Source: an uncultured Flavobacteriaceae bacterium (GTDB taxonomy: Bacteria > Bacteroidota > Bacteroidia > Flavobacteriales > Flavobacteriaceae). Taken from it: a DNA stretch of 35,103 nucleotides. The stretch covers positions 1 to 35,103 of the forward strand of contig CAZPTJ010000002.1 in NCBI GenBank assembly GCA_964589085.1, given 5' to 3'. The position numbers and the translations under genes are program-made. The notes beneath the pieces were generated by a model, which was not told the DNA's origin, did not search any database, and saw only the letters and a list, made by a program, of their open reading frames with translations. Below, in pieces: positions 8,834-18,174 of the stretch; within the stretch, counting starts at the first letter, position 1; each line of letters starts with the position of its first letter.

Positions 8834-10705
8834 ATGCGCAAATCCAGAATTGTAGTTTTATTAGTATATACAATGCTCACTCTTTGTTGGAGCAATTATA
8901 ATGGTATGCCATTATATGCGCAAGACAGTGCAACTACAGAAAAGGATTCTACAGCTGAAAAAGAAGAAAAAGATGCTAAAAAAGATCTCAAATTTATTGA
9001 GAAACTACTATCCTTTAAAAATTTCTTTCATCATAGCGACTCCACTAAATTAGCCAAAAGGTATATACGCCAACATCAAAGACTTACTAGAGGAAAAAAA
9101 AACTATCGCTATAAGATCCCGAGGGATAGCCTTATAAATTTACTTCCTTATTTACGATATAATATCAACGAACCTACCCATGAGATTTTGGGTTGGTATC
9201 CTTCCTGGGAAAAAGACTTACATAAAACGCTCAACTATTCGCTCCTATCTACAGTAGCCTATTTTTCTTATGAGGTCAATCCAAAGACCGGAGAAGCCGA
9301 TAGTATTGGAGATTGGATGACCACGCCAGTTATTGATTCCCTACATGCGCACAACAAAAAAATACTGCTCACCGTCACCAATTTTGGAAATAAAGAGAAT
9401 CGGGAATTCTTGAAAAACCCTGCAGCTGGAGATACATTGATAAAACGTGTTATACAGCTGTTGAAAGATAGAGATGCTCATGGAGTTTGTATCGATTTTG
9501 AAGGGGTAGTTAAATCACAAAAAAAGAACTTCAATAGCTTTATAACCCTATTTAGTCAGGAACTCAAAAAAGCAAATAAAGAGTATCTGGTATATCTTAC
9601 TGTTCCTGCTGTAGACTGGAATAAATATCTTGACTTTGAAGTGCTCATACCCGTAGTCGATCAGTTTGCTATTATGGGGTATGATTATTATGGATCGACC
9701 AGTAAAGTAGCTGGGCCAGCAGCACCATTACAGAGTGGAGATATCTGGGATCCTTTTAATCTTACGACTTCGGTTGACTATTATCTGGCCAATAAAATTC
9801 CTCCTTCACAACTTATCCTTGCCTTACCCTTTTATGGAAATCTTTGGAACACAAAAACAGGTCAGCGAGGCTCAAAATCTGATAAATATATTGGGGCTCG
9901 TAGCTATGACTATATCAAATATGAATTTGATAAAGTCCCGGAAATTGAGGAACGCTACGATTCAATAAGTCAGAGCGCCTGGTATAGTTATGTGATCAAA
10001 AGCGATGCAAAAAAACCCAAACGACAGTTTAGACAGCTATGGTTTGATAGTGATTCGACAATGGCAGCTAAACTCAATTTTATTAAGGAGAGAAACCTCA
10101 ATGGTTTAGGGATATGGGCTTTAGGATATAATAAAAAGTATAAGAACTATTGGAAAGTCATTGACGAGACGTTTTGTAGACCTGAAAAAGACAGTACACT
10201 GCGACCCTATATTTTAAAATATCCAGACTCCATAGTGGTCGTAGTCGTAGATACAACTGCTTTAGAAAAGGTAGCAGATTCCACAAAAACAGATACTACA
10301 AAAACAGAGGACGAGACAGATATCGGTGGTGATGATGAATCTTCTTTTTGGGAGTCTCTTGGAGGATTTTGGGATACCATAACCGACGTTAATGGAATAT
10401 TGAAGAAAATTTCAGAATCCAAATGGGTTTTACTTTATGCATTGCTCTTTATGGTGTTTTTTGGAGGAATAGGTTTTGTCATCGCCATGTTCAAACCAGA
10501 TACGCGTAAATTTTTCTTTAACAGCAGGGCCTACACTTTTTACTATGTATTAGTGGTATTGGGCATTTTAGTGTTCTGCTTGAGATACATCCGAGTTATC
10601 AAAAATGATCCTACCGTAGTGCTTATAGGTGGGTTTGTTATAGGAGCTATAGTGATCTATTATATAAGCAGACGAGTACAAAAAGCTAAAAGAGATCTTC
10701 CTTAA
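8834..10705 (+). CDS. Membrane-anchored glycoside hydrolase family 18 protein
   Basis: Signal peptide; GH18 motifs GVCIDFEG, IMGYDYYG, AGPAAPL, LILALPFYG, GLGIWALG; acidic linker; three C-terminal hydrophobic helices. Confidence 0.88.
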   Translation: MRKSRIVVLLVYTMLTLCWSNYNGMPLYAQDSATTEKDSTAEKEEKDAKKDLKFIEKLLSFKNFFHHSDSTKLAKRYIRQHQRLTRGKKNYRYKIPRDSLINLLPYLRYNINEPTHEILGWYPSWEKDLHKTLNYSLLSTVAYFSYEVNPKTGEADSIGDWMTTPVIDSLHAHNKKILLTVTNFGNKENREFLKNPAAGDTLIKRVIQLLKDRDAHGVCIDFEGVVKSQKKNFNSFITLFSQELKKANKEYLVYLTVPAVDWNKYLDFEVLIPVVDQFAIMGYDYYGSTSKVAGPAAPLQSGDIWDPFNLTTSVDYYLANKIPPSQLILALPFYGNLWNTKTGQRGSKSDKYIGARSYDYIKYEFDKVPEIEERYDSISQSAWYSYVIKSDAKKPKRQFRQLWFDSDSTMAAKLNFIKERNLNGLGIWALGYNKKYKNYWKVIDETFCRPEKDSTLRPYILKYPDSIVVVVVDTTALEKVADSTKTDTTKTEDETDIGGDDESSFWESLGGFWDTITDVNGILKKISESKWVLLYALLFMVFFGGIGFVIAMFKPDTRKFFFNSRAYTFYYVLVVLGILVFCLRYIRVIKNDPTVVLIGGFVIGAIVIYYISRRVQKAKRDLP

Positions 10706-11016
10706 TGAGTGCAGTAGTAAAAGACATAAAGGAAGAGGAAGGAAAGTTGAAAAAACTCCTTAAAGCCATTAAGAAATTGATCGCAGGAGAGTTTCTATGG
10801 ATCCTGTTTATCGTTATAGTCAGCATACCGCTGGCATTAATTATACACTATCTCGCATTTAAGTATATGCCCGGCGAAGTGATCAATACTATTTGCGAAA
10901 TACTCGATGGAAATTCTTTGTTACTGGGGAGTTATGCATTGAGCATAGCCGGAATTTACTTTTCAAGAGCTATAGTAGGAGCAATAAAAACCGTAGTAGA
11001 TAAATCAGAAGGATAA
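10705..11016 (+). CDS. Small membrane protein (2 predicted TM helices)
   Basis: 103 aa with a charged N-terminus and two hydrophobic segments; TAATG overlap with the GH18 stop; 3 nt before the next gene. Confidence 0.75.
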   Translation: MSAVVKDIKEEEGKLKKLLKAIKKLIAGEFLWILFIVIVSIPLALIIHYLAFKYMPGEVINTICEILDGNSLLLGSYALSIAGIYFSRAIVGAIKTVVDKSEG

Positions 11017-11019
11017 GTT

Positions 11020-11595
11020 ATGATCGCAAAAACACTCTCATTCATTACCGAAATTTTCAATCAGGAACTCAAGATGACCTATGGAGTTACAGATGACTTT
11101 GTTGTTGCCAGTGGTCTTATCAATCCTGATGGCAGCAGTATCCAACAAACCCAAAATAAGATAGTAGTCTCCGTAATAAACATAGAGCGGGAAACAAGTA
11201 TGACCATGAACGGCTACTTTAATGACGGAGATAAAAACTATGGACGCGTTGCACCTCCCGTTTACCTCAATCTATACCTATTGATAGCAGCCAATTATAC
11301 GGACTATTTAGAAGCAAATAAAATATTGTCAACCATTATAGGAGTGATCCAGTCCAATCCTTTTTTTACAAGACAGGAGCATCCTGTGATGCAAGAACCC
11401 TTAGATAAACTCACTTTTGAAATTCTTAATGTCCCCATGAATGAGCTTAGTCATATCTGGAGCGGTATTGGAGCAAAATACCTTCCCTCCGTCATCTGTA
11501 AAGTCAGAATGATGACTATTCAAAAGAATGTGATCAAAAAAGAGATTCCTGGAATTACTGGATTGGGTAATCAGTCAAAACCAAAAACAAATTAA
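11020..11595 (+). CDS. eCIS cap/tail terminator, DUF4255 (Afp16/Pvc16-like)
   Basis: NKIVVSVINIERE, PPVYLNLYLLIAAN, LSHIWSGIGAKYLPSVICKVR motifs; located upstream of the sheath. Confidence 0.9.
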   Translation: MIAKTLSFITEIFNQELKMTYGVTDDFVVASGLINPDGSSIQQTQNKIVVSVINIERETSMTMNGYFNDGDKNYGRVAPPVYLNLYLLIAANYTDYLEANKILSTIIGVIQSNPFFTRQEHPVMQEPLDKLTFEILNVPMNELSHIWSGIGAKYLPSVICKVRMMTIQKNVIKKEIPGITGLGNQSKPKTN

Positions 11596-11596
11596 G

Positions 11597-12607
11597 ATGG
11601 ATATACATTATGTTAAAGCCGCAGAGATAAAGATATCTCACACCTATTTTAAAGATGGGGTCAGTGATGTATTTGAATTGATTCCTCTTCACGAGACGGC
11701 AAAACAATTGCATAATTATAATGTCTTAATAGACAAGCGGCATAACCGACATGCTTTTTTTGTAGGGCTACGAAAAGATGAAGGCACCACGATTACATCA
11801 GAATTGAAAGGAATAGGAAACCTGTTTTTTCAATTAACAATAAATGATGTTCAGTGGTATAACTATACGGCATTGAAACCTTTTAATGAAGGACAGTTAC
11901 TATACCTTTCAAATCACAATGCCTCACCGGGAATACAACAACTTCATACCCCTCCAACGGTTACTGATGGGAATTTGCTCACCGTTAAGCCCAAGAGGTT
12001 TAGTGTTAATATCCCATCTGACACTACAGAAATAGAAGTTAAAAATGCAGACGGCGAGTCTATATATCAAAAAGAGATCTCAAACCTTGAGGGAACAAGT
12101 TACCCCTTAGATCTGAATACTCTTGAGGACGGATATTATGAATTATGGCTAAATAAAACCTTGCACGAAACATTTTTTGCAAGTGGACAGGCCTTAGACC
12201 AGAACTGTATAGGAATTGTAAAACTCCATATAGAAGACCTTGAAGATGCAGTCTACACTATAGATTTTAAGGCACGTGCTGTATACTGGAAATATAAAAT
12301 AATGATTCCCGAATCGAGAAAAATCGAAGTCTCCAGTATATCAGTTACCCAGGGAACACAAGTCTATAGCGGACCCGTAACCGAAGAAATTGTAGGAGGG
12401 CAGGTAGCACAGGTATTTAAAAGTAATACGTTAATGGTACTTCAAAAACAACTGGAAGATCATCCGCTATTAACCATGTCCTACACCAGTGATGTTTCTC
12501 ATAGAGTGAGTGATCTGGAAATAAAATTACCCAATCCGAGTAGTGAAAATATTTCGAAAGAAAAGGATGAAGAATCATTCTTTTCATCAACCATAGTTTA
12601 TGTCTAA
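11597..12607 (+). CDS. eCIS-associated hypothetical protein (candidate cap adaptor)
   Basis: 336-aa beta-rich ORF tightly coupled between cap and sheath; function inferred from position only. Confidence 0.65.
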   Translation: MDIHYVKAAEIKISHTYFKDGVSDVFELIPLHETAKQLHNYNVLIDKRHNRHAFFVGLRKDEGTTITSELKGIGNLFFQLTINDVQWYNYTALKPFNEGQLLYLSNHNASPGIQQLHTPPTVTDGNLLTVKPKRFSVNIPSDTTEIEVKNADGESIYQKEISNLEGTSYPLDLNTLEDGYYELWLNKTLHETFFASGQALDQNCIGIVKLHIEDLEDAVYTIDFKARAVYWKYKIMIPESRKIEVSSISVTQGTQVYSGPVTEEIVGGQVAQVFKSNTLMVLQKQLEDHPLLTMSYTSDVSHRVSDLEIKLPNPSSENISKEKDEESFFSSTIVYV

Positions 12608-12622
12608 TTTAAATTAATTTTT

Positions 12623-14494
12623 ATGTCAACAACAATGAAAACCCCAGGGGTTTACATCCAGGAATTGGATGCTTTTGGAAATGCTGTTGTTCCTGTACCA
12701 ACGGCCATTCCGGCCTTTGTCGGGTATACAGCAGAGACATCCTATAAAGGGAAAAGTCTCTTAAACAAAGCAGTTAAGGTTACCTCCTTAGCTGAGTTCT
12801 TATCCATTTTTGGTAGCACAGCACCAGAAGTGAAATACACCCTTACTTCTGCCTTATTACCAGAGCGCCTTATTGAGCTTCAGGCAGAAGTAGACGGAAC
12901 AGCAAAGACGCTTGCAGATGCCTCAGCAGTGGTGAAGGCCGCAGGTAAAAATGCCTCCGATGAAGAAAAAGCTGCAGAAGCTACGGCAAAAGCCGAGAAT
13001 GATGAAGCCATTAAGAATCTGAATGATGCTAAAACGAATCCAAGTATTGCTGCATTACAAACAGCAAAAGATGCGGTAGCAAAAGCTGGTGCAAAGGCGA
13101 CCGATGCACAATTACAAGCTGTTGCAGCTGCAGAGCAGGGATTTGCCGATGAAATAAACAGCGCAGATTTTGTAGATCATGGCTATGCTTATTTTGTGAC
13201 ACAAAAGAGTATTAACTATCGCTTGTATGGAGCTATTAAATTCTTCTATGAAAATGGTGGAGGTACCTGTTATGTGATGAGCGTTGGAACCTATGATTAT
13301 TCCCAAGCATCCATCAAGGATACTACGGCAATTACAAATGCCATTACCCTATTAGAGAAGGAAATGGAGCCCACCATGCTTGTCATTCCGGATACAGTAG
13401 AGGTATGTGATACTACAGTAACCGATAGAACAAGTGATACGTATCTACAGAATCGATATGCAAATGCATATTCTCTTCAAAATGCGATGATCAATCATTG
13501 CGGAGATATGATGGACAGAGTTGCTATTCTAGATATTCCAGGTGGTTTTTCGGAGCCGGCAACAGGAACAAAAAGTTTTGAACAGTTTAGAACTAGTGTA
13601 GAACCTGAAAACCCGAAATTCAATAGCTATGCTGCAGTGTATTATCCCTGGTTACATACTACAGTATATCAGGCTACAGAAATTTCGTTTAAAAATATAG
13701 ATGAAGCTTCTTACGGTCAAATTCAACAATTATTGACCAATGAATATACAGATCCAAAAACAGGAATTGTTTTAAAAGATATGCAGGAGTATATCGCAGC
13801 ATTTAATACAGATGCTACTCAGATCATTCCTGGAGATGTGCGCAAAGCAGATAAGATATTACAAAACTTAAGTAAGTCTTATCAATTCTTAATGAAGGGA
13901 GTGCTTAATCATATGAATCTTATGGCACCTAGTGCAGCAATGGCTGGAATTTATACTTCTGTAGATAATAATGATGGCGTATGGAAAGCACCAGCAAATG
14001 TTGGAATACAAAGCACTATCGCACCAGCAATAAGTATCGATCATGCGCAGCAAGAAGATTTGAATATGCCTATCAGTGGTAAATCTGTTTGCGCCATTCG
14101 TGCGTTTGTAGGTCGAGGTAATCTGGTATGGGGAGCTCGTACCCTAGATGGTAATTCCAACGATTGGAGATATATCAATGTAAGAAGGACTCTTATATTT
14201 CTGGAACAATCTGTAAAAGATGCTGCAAAAGCCTATGTGTTTGCGCCTAATGATGCCAATACCTGGGTGAATGTGAAGAGTATGATCAGTAATTTCTTGA
14301 CAGGTGTATGGAAACAAGGGGGACTTGTAGGGCCTAAACCAGCAGATGCCTTTTCCGTAAGCGTCGGTTTGGGAAGCACAATGACCAATGATGACATTCA
14401 GAATGGTATTATGCGGGTATCTGTTAAAGTAGCAGTATCACATCCAGCAGAATTTATCGAAATCACCTTCCAGCAACAAATGCAGGAAGCATAA
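12623..14494 (+). CDS. Contractile tail sheath protein (Afp2/3/4-like) with Ala-rich insertion
   Basis: KTPGVYIQE, TAIPAFVGYT, YYPWL, GVWKAPAN, WGARTL, WRYINVRR, PAEFIEITF motifs. Confidence 0.97.
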   Translation: MSTTMKTPGVYIQELDAFGNAVVPVPTAIPAFVGYTAETSYKGKSLLNKAVKVTSLAEFLSIFGSTAPEVKYTLTSALLPERLIELQAEVDGTAKTLADASAVVKAAGKNASDEEKAAEATAKAENDEAIKNLNDAKTNPSIAALQTAKDAVAKAGAKATDAQLQAVAAAEQGFADEINSADFVDHGYAYFVTQKSINYRLYGAIKFFYENGGGTCYVMSVGTYDYSQASIKDTTAITNAITLLEKEMEPTMLVIPDTVEVCDTTVTDRTSDTYLQNRYANAYSLQNAMINHCGDMMDRVAILDIPGGFSEPATGTKSFEQFRTSVEPENPKFNSYAAVYYPWLHTTVYQATEISFKNIDEASYGQIQQLLTNEYTDPKTGIVLKDMQEYIAAFNTDATQIIPGDVRKADKILQNLSKSYQFLMKGVLNHMNLMAPSAAMAGIYTSVDNNDGVWKAPANVGIQSTIAPAISIDHAQQEDLNMPISGKSVCAIRAFVGRGNLVWGARTLDGNSNDWRYINVRRTLIFLEQSVKDAAKAYVFAPNDANTWVNVKSMISNFLTGVWKQGGLVGPKPADAFSVSVGLGSTMTNDDIQNGIMRVSVKVAVSHPAEFIEITFQQQMQEA

Positions 14495-14534
14495 CATGTA
14501 AACGAATAATTAACTTTTTAAAAAATATAATATT

Positions 14535-14993
14535 ATGGCAGGAGAAGCTCAAGATGCTGTATGGCCTTTACCCAAGTTTTACTTTACGGTAAGCTTAGGT
14601 TCGCAAGATAGCACCGTTTCATTTCAAGAAGTATCAGGACTCGATACAGAAACGCAACCCATAGAATACAGACATGGGGATAACCCCGTATTCTCAACTA
14701 TAAAAATGCCTGGAATTGTAAAGACAGGCAATGTGACGTTGAAAAAAGGAATTTTTGTCAATGACAATAATTTCTGGAAATGGTATGACGCCATTAAAAT
14801 GAATACCATCAAAAGAGAAACCGTTGTTATTCAATTACTGGATGAGTCAGCAAAACCTACAATGACCTGGACACTTACTAATGCGTGGCCAACGAAGATT
14901 ACAGGGACAGACCTCAAGTCTGATGCCAATGAGGTTGCTGTTGAATCCCTTGAATTAGCCCACGAAGGTTTAACCATAGCTAATGGAGGTTAA
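14535..14993 (+). CDS. Tail tube protein, T4 gp19-like (Afp1-like)
   Basis: FQEVSGL..E...IEYRHG, KMPG...GNVTLKKG, NAWPTK...DLKSDANEVAVESLELAHEG. Confidence 0.96.
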   Translation: MAGEAQDAVWPLPKFYFTVSLGSQDSTVSFQEVSGLDTETQPIEYRHGDNPVFSTIKMPGIVKTGNVTLKKGIFVNDNNFWKWYDAIKMNTIKRETVVIQLLDESAKPTMTWTLTNAWPTKITGTDLKSDANEVAVESLELAHEGLTIANGG

Positions 14994-15439
14994 TGATGAG
15001 TGACGAATATCCACCAGTAGCCTTTTATTTTACATTGTCCTTTGAGGGTGAGTCAGGTGAGTCATCCTTTAAGGAGGTTTCTGGAATTTCAATGGAAATG
15101 GATACAGAAGAGATTGCAGAGGGTGGGAACTCCTATAAACATCGTGTTCCTACCTCTGTAAAATTTTCAAATCTTGTGTTAAAAAGAGGGTTAGTCCCAA
15201 AAGATTCAGCCATAGTACAATGGTGTTCTGATACTCTGGAATCCGGTCTTTCGACAGGGATTACAACAAAGAGTATTACAGTGAGTCTACTAGATGAAGA
15301 GGCTAATCCTTTAAGCACATGGAATTTTCAGAATGCCTGGCCTGTAAAATGGTCAGTTTCTGATTTTCATTCCATGAATAATGAAATAGCTATGGAGACC
15401 CTTGAATTTTCATACAGTGCATTTACTAAAGTAAGCTAA
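14993..15439 (+). CDS. Second tail tube protein (Afp5-like)
   Basis: YPPVAFYF, FKEVSGI, NLVLKRG, AWPVKWSVSDF, ETLEFSY. Confidence 0.95.
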   Translation: MMSDEYPPVAFYFTLSFEGESGESSFKEVSGISMEMDTEEIAEGGNSYKHRVPTSVKFSNLVLKRGLVPKDSAIVQWCSDTLESGLSTGITTKSITVSLLDEEANPLSTWNFQNAWPVKWSVSDFHSMNNEIAMETLEFSYSAFTKVS

Positions 15440-15466
15440 GGTCGGGGTTCGATGATAAGTGGACAG

Positions 15467-15490
15467 ATTACGCTTTCGCGAAAGCGTAAT
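15467..15490. repeat. REP-like perfect 24-bp palindrome
   Basis: ATTACGCTTTCG-CGAAAGCGTAAT; the core recurs at 22253 and 29898. Confidence 0.85.
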
Positions 15491-15560
15491 GATCCTGATG
15501 AAAAATAATTGTTTTCAAATCTAAGTAGCAATTAAGAATCAGAATATATAGCAAAGCAAT

Positions 15561-15719
15561 ATGGCGATTGAAATAAGAGAACTACGTATAAAGGTTAAAA
15601 TAGATGATGGGAATACTGCGGTCACTGCACCTTATGACGTAGAACAAATGCGACAATTCCTTTTAAAGGAATGTAAAAAGGAAATAAAGAAACAAATGAA
15701 TAAACATAAAGAGCGATAG
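15561..15719 (+). CDS. Small eCIS protein, DUF5908/Afp6-like (plug)
   Basis: Not in the ORF track. Translated by hand: MAIEIRELRIKVKIDDGNTAVTAPYDVEQMRQFLLKECKKEIKKQMNKHKER (52 aa), ending 1 nt before the next ATG. Confidence 0.85.
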   Translation: MAIEIRELRIKVKIDDGNTAVTAPYDVEQMRQFLLKECKKEIKKQMNKHKER

Positions 15720-15720
15720 T

Positions 15721-16377
15721 ATGTCACTTGATAAAATGTCAATTGTAGCCTATGCCGATGATAGCTATGGTGGTAGTGGTGATCAAACCTGTACGGTTAA
15801 AATCAATCCTGCTTCCTACACACACAATCATCAGGTGAAGTACGATAATGTGACTGCGCAGGGATCTCCCGGAACTACATTGAAGTTTAAAGGGATTCCT
15901 CCGGAGACCATTTCTTTTGATATCTATTTTGATGCAAGCGGGGTTATTGATAGTACTATCGTAGATGTAAAGGCACAGCTTGATGAGTTTAAAGAAGTTT
16001 GTTTTGATTACAATGGGACTATACACGAACCCAATTATCTTATTATATCCTGGGGAAGTCTGGTTTTTAAATGCAAGTTGATATCCCTAGATGTAAGTTA
16101 TACACTATTTAAATCTGATGGAACGCCTTTACGCGCAAAAGCCAGTGTGAAGTTTGAAGAAGCTATTGACTCCAATTTAATTGCTGCCGAAGCCGCTCCC
16201 GAATCTCCTGACCTTACGCATCATGTTGTTGTAAGAGAAGGAGATACGTTACCGCTCTTATGCAAGAACGCTTATGGCGATGAAAGCTATTATATGGAAG
16301 TTGCTAAACATAATAAACTCGTCAATTTTAGGGATTTGATTCCTGGAACAGAATTGTATTTACCACCTATTAAATAA
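15721..16377 (+). CDS. CIS tube initiator with C-terminal LysM domain (Afp7-like)
   Basis: INPASY, YNGTIHEPNYLIISWG, YTLFKSDGTPLRA, and LysM-like VREGDTLPLLC...LIPGTELYLPP. Confidence 0.93.
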   Translation: MSLDKMSIVAYADDSYGGSGDQTCTVKINPASYTHNHQVKYDNVTAQGSPGTTLKFKGIPPETISFDIYFDASGVIDSTIVDVKAQLDEFKEVCFDYNGTIHEPNYLIISWGSLVFKCKLISLDVSYTLFKSDGTPLRAKASVKFEEAIDSNLIAAEAAPESPDLTHHVVVREGDTLPLLCKNAYGDESYYMEVAKHNKLVNFRDLIPGTELYLPPIK

Positions 16378-16383
16378 ATAACG

Positions 16384-18174
16384 ATGCCTAGTTCACCGAT
16401 ATCAGAAGATACTAATATTGTCTCGTTTGCCATACTTTCTGGCGGAAGTGAGATTCCAACGACCTATGAAGTTATATCGATAAAAATTGAGCAACATCTC
16501 AATAGGATTGCTGAAGCCGAAATTACAATTAGAGATGGAAGCGCCGCAGATCAGGTTTTTGAAGTTACCGATTCTAATACGTTTAAACCTGGTGCGGACA
16601 TTGAAATCAAGCTTGGATATCAAAACAGCAATACCTCTATATTTAAAGGGATTGTGATCAAACAAATGGTCAAAATAGACGATGTTGAAGGGTCAAGATT
16701 ACAGGTCATTTGTAAAGACGAAGCCCTTAAACTCACGACCGTCCGAAAGAATGCCATTTTTACAGACAGTAAAGACAGTGACATCATATCGAAACTTGGA
16801 AGTGGTGTGGGCCTATCTACAGATATCGTTGCAACTACAGTAACGCATAAAGAAGTCGTACAGTATTATACAACAGATTGGGATTTTATCATGAGTAGAG
16901 CTGAGGTAAACGGATTAATTGTCGTTACCGATAACGGAAAATTGGTCGCAGCAAAACCCGATGTATCCGGAACTCCTGAGTTGCAAGTGCAATTTGGATA
17001 TGATATTATTGAATTTGACGGAGAAGTGGACGCTACGTATCAATATGCTGGAGCCGAAGGAAATGCCTGGGATATGAGTACACAAGCAGTGATTAATGCG
17101 TCTGCAAGTGAACCTACGGTCAATGAACAAGGTAATTTGACAGGATCACAACTGGCAGATGTACTGGGATCTTCTACTACAGCTATGGATACTTCGGCAA
17201 CCATAACACAAGACGATATTCAAACCTGGGCAGACGCCTCCTTATTAAAGTCTAGATTGTCAATGTTTAAAGGCAGTATTACATTTCAGGGATCTGCTAA
17301 GGCTAAAGTGAATACGGTTATTAAGTTAATCGGGGTGAGCGATCGACTTAAGGGGAATGCCTATATCTCAGGAGTAATACATACTCTTGAAGAAGGTAAA
17401 TGGATGACGGAAGCAAAAATAGGACTGTCACCAGAGTGGTTTGTAGAAAATCATGAAGTAGCTGCTCCCGGAGCTTCAGGATTACTTCCTGGAATTAAAG
17501 GGCTTCAAACCGGTGTGGTCAAGAAAATAAATGAAGATCCAGATAATGAATTTAGAGTTCAGGTGGAGATTCCTATTCTGGGAGCAGATGGCGAGTCCGT
17601 ATGGGCACGTTTATCCACCTTTTATAATGGGAATGGGATAGGAGCGTTTTTTATGCCTGAGATTAATGATGAAGTCATTTTAGGATTTATGAATGACGAC
17701 CCTAGATTCCCTGTTATTTTGGGAAGTGTATATAGTAGTTCTATTGCTGCACCAGAAACACCTGATGAGGATAACACTATAAAAACAATCATCACACAGA
17801 GCAAACTGCAATTAAAATTTGATGATGAAAATAAAGTGATAACACTGCTTACTCCTGGCGGGAATACCATAGTCATAAGTGATGAAGATAAAGGAATTGC
17901 GCTTACAGATGAAAACGGGAATACATTTGAAATGAATGATAGCGGGATTACCATAAATAGCGCATCCAGCCTAACCTTAAAAGCCTCTGATGATGTGACT
18001 ATACATGGCAAGTTGGTATCCATATCGGGGAGTGATTCGGTAAGTGTGAGTAGTGAAAAAAATATTTCGGTTTCTGGAGACCAGAGTGTTACGGTAAGCG
18101 GTAGTGCGCAATGTGAAGTTTCCAGTGATGGACAGATGAGTGTTAAAGGATCAATTGTAATGATAAACTCATGA
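16384..18174 (+). CDS. VgrG-like spike/hub (Afp8-like)
   Basis: VQYYTTDWDFIMSRAEVNG, gp5 OB-fold WARL...FMPEINDEVILGF..DDPRFPVILGS, Ser/Val-rich beta-helix; no C-terminal effector extension. Confidence 0.95.
   Translation: MPSSPISEDTNIVSFAILSGGSEIPTTYEVISIKIEQHLNRIAEAEITIRDGSAADQVFEVTDSNTFKPGADIEIKLGYQNSNTSIFKGIVIKQMVKIDDVEGSRLQVICKDEALKLTTVRKNAIFTDSKDSDIISKLGSGVGLSTDIVATTVTHKEVVQYYTTDWDFIMSRAEVNGLIVVTDNGKLVAAKPDVSGTPELQVQFGYDIIEFDGEVDATYQYAGAEGNAWDMSTQAVINASASEPTVNEQGNLTGSQLADVLGSSTTAMDTSATITQDDIQTWADASLLKSRLSMFKGSITFQGSAKAKVNTVIKLIGVSDRLKGNAYISGVIHTLEEGKWMTEAKIGLSPEWFVENHEVAAPGASGLLPGIKGLQTGVVKKINEDPDNEFRVQVEIPILGADGESVWARLSTFYNGNGIGAFFMPEINDEVILGFMNDDPRFPVILGSVYSSSIAAPETPDEDNTIKTIITQSKLQLKFDDENKVITLLTPGGNTIVISDEDKGIALTDENGNTFEMNDSGITINSASSLTLKASDDVTIHGKLVSISGSDSVSVSSEKNISVSGDQSVTVSGSAQCEVSSDGQMSVKGSIVMINS

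Noticed and set aside
8834-10705. Ordinary secreted chitinase for nutrition or as toxin-complex cargo
   Set aside because: No chitin-binding module or T9SS C-terminal domain is evident, it has C-terminal TM anchors, and the DxDxE motif is altered. Activity on chito-oligomers is not excluded.
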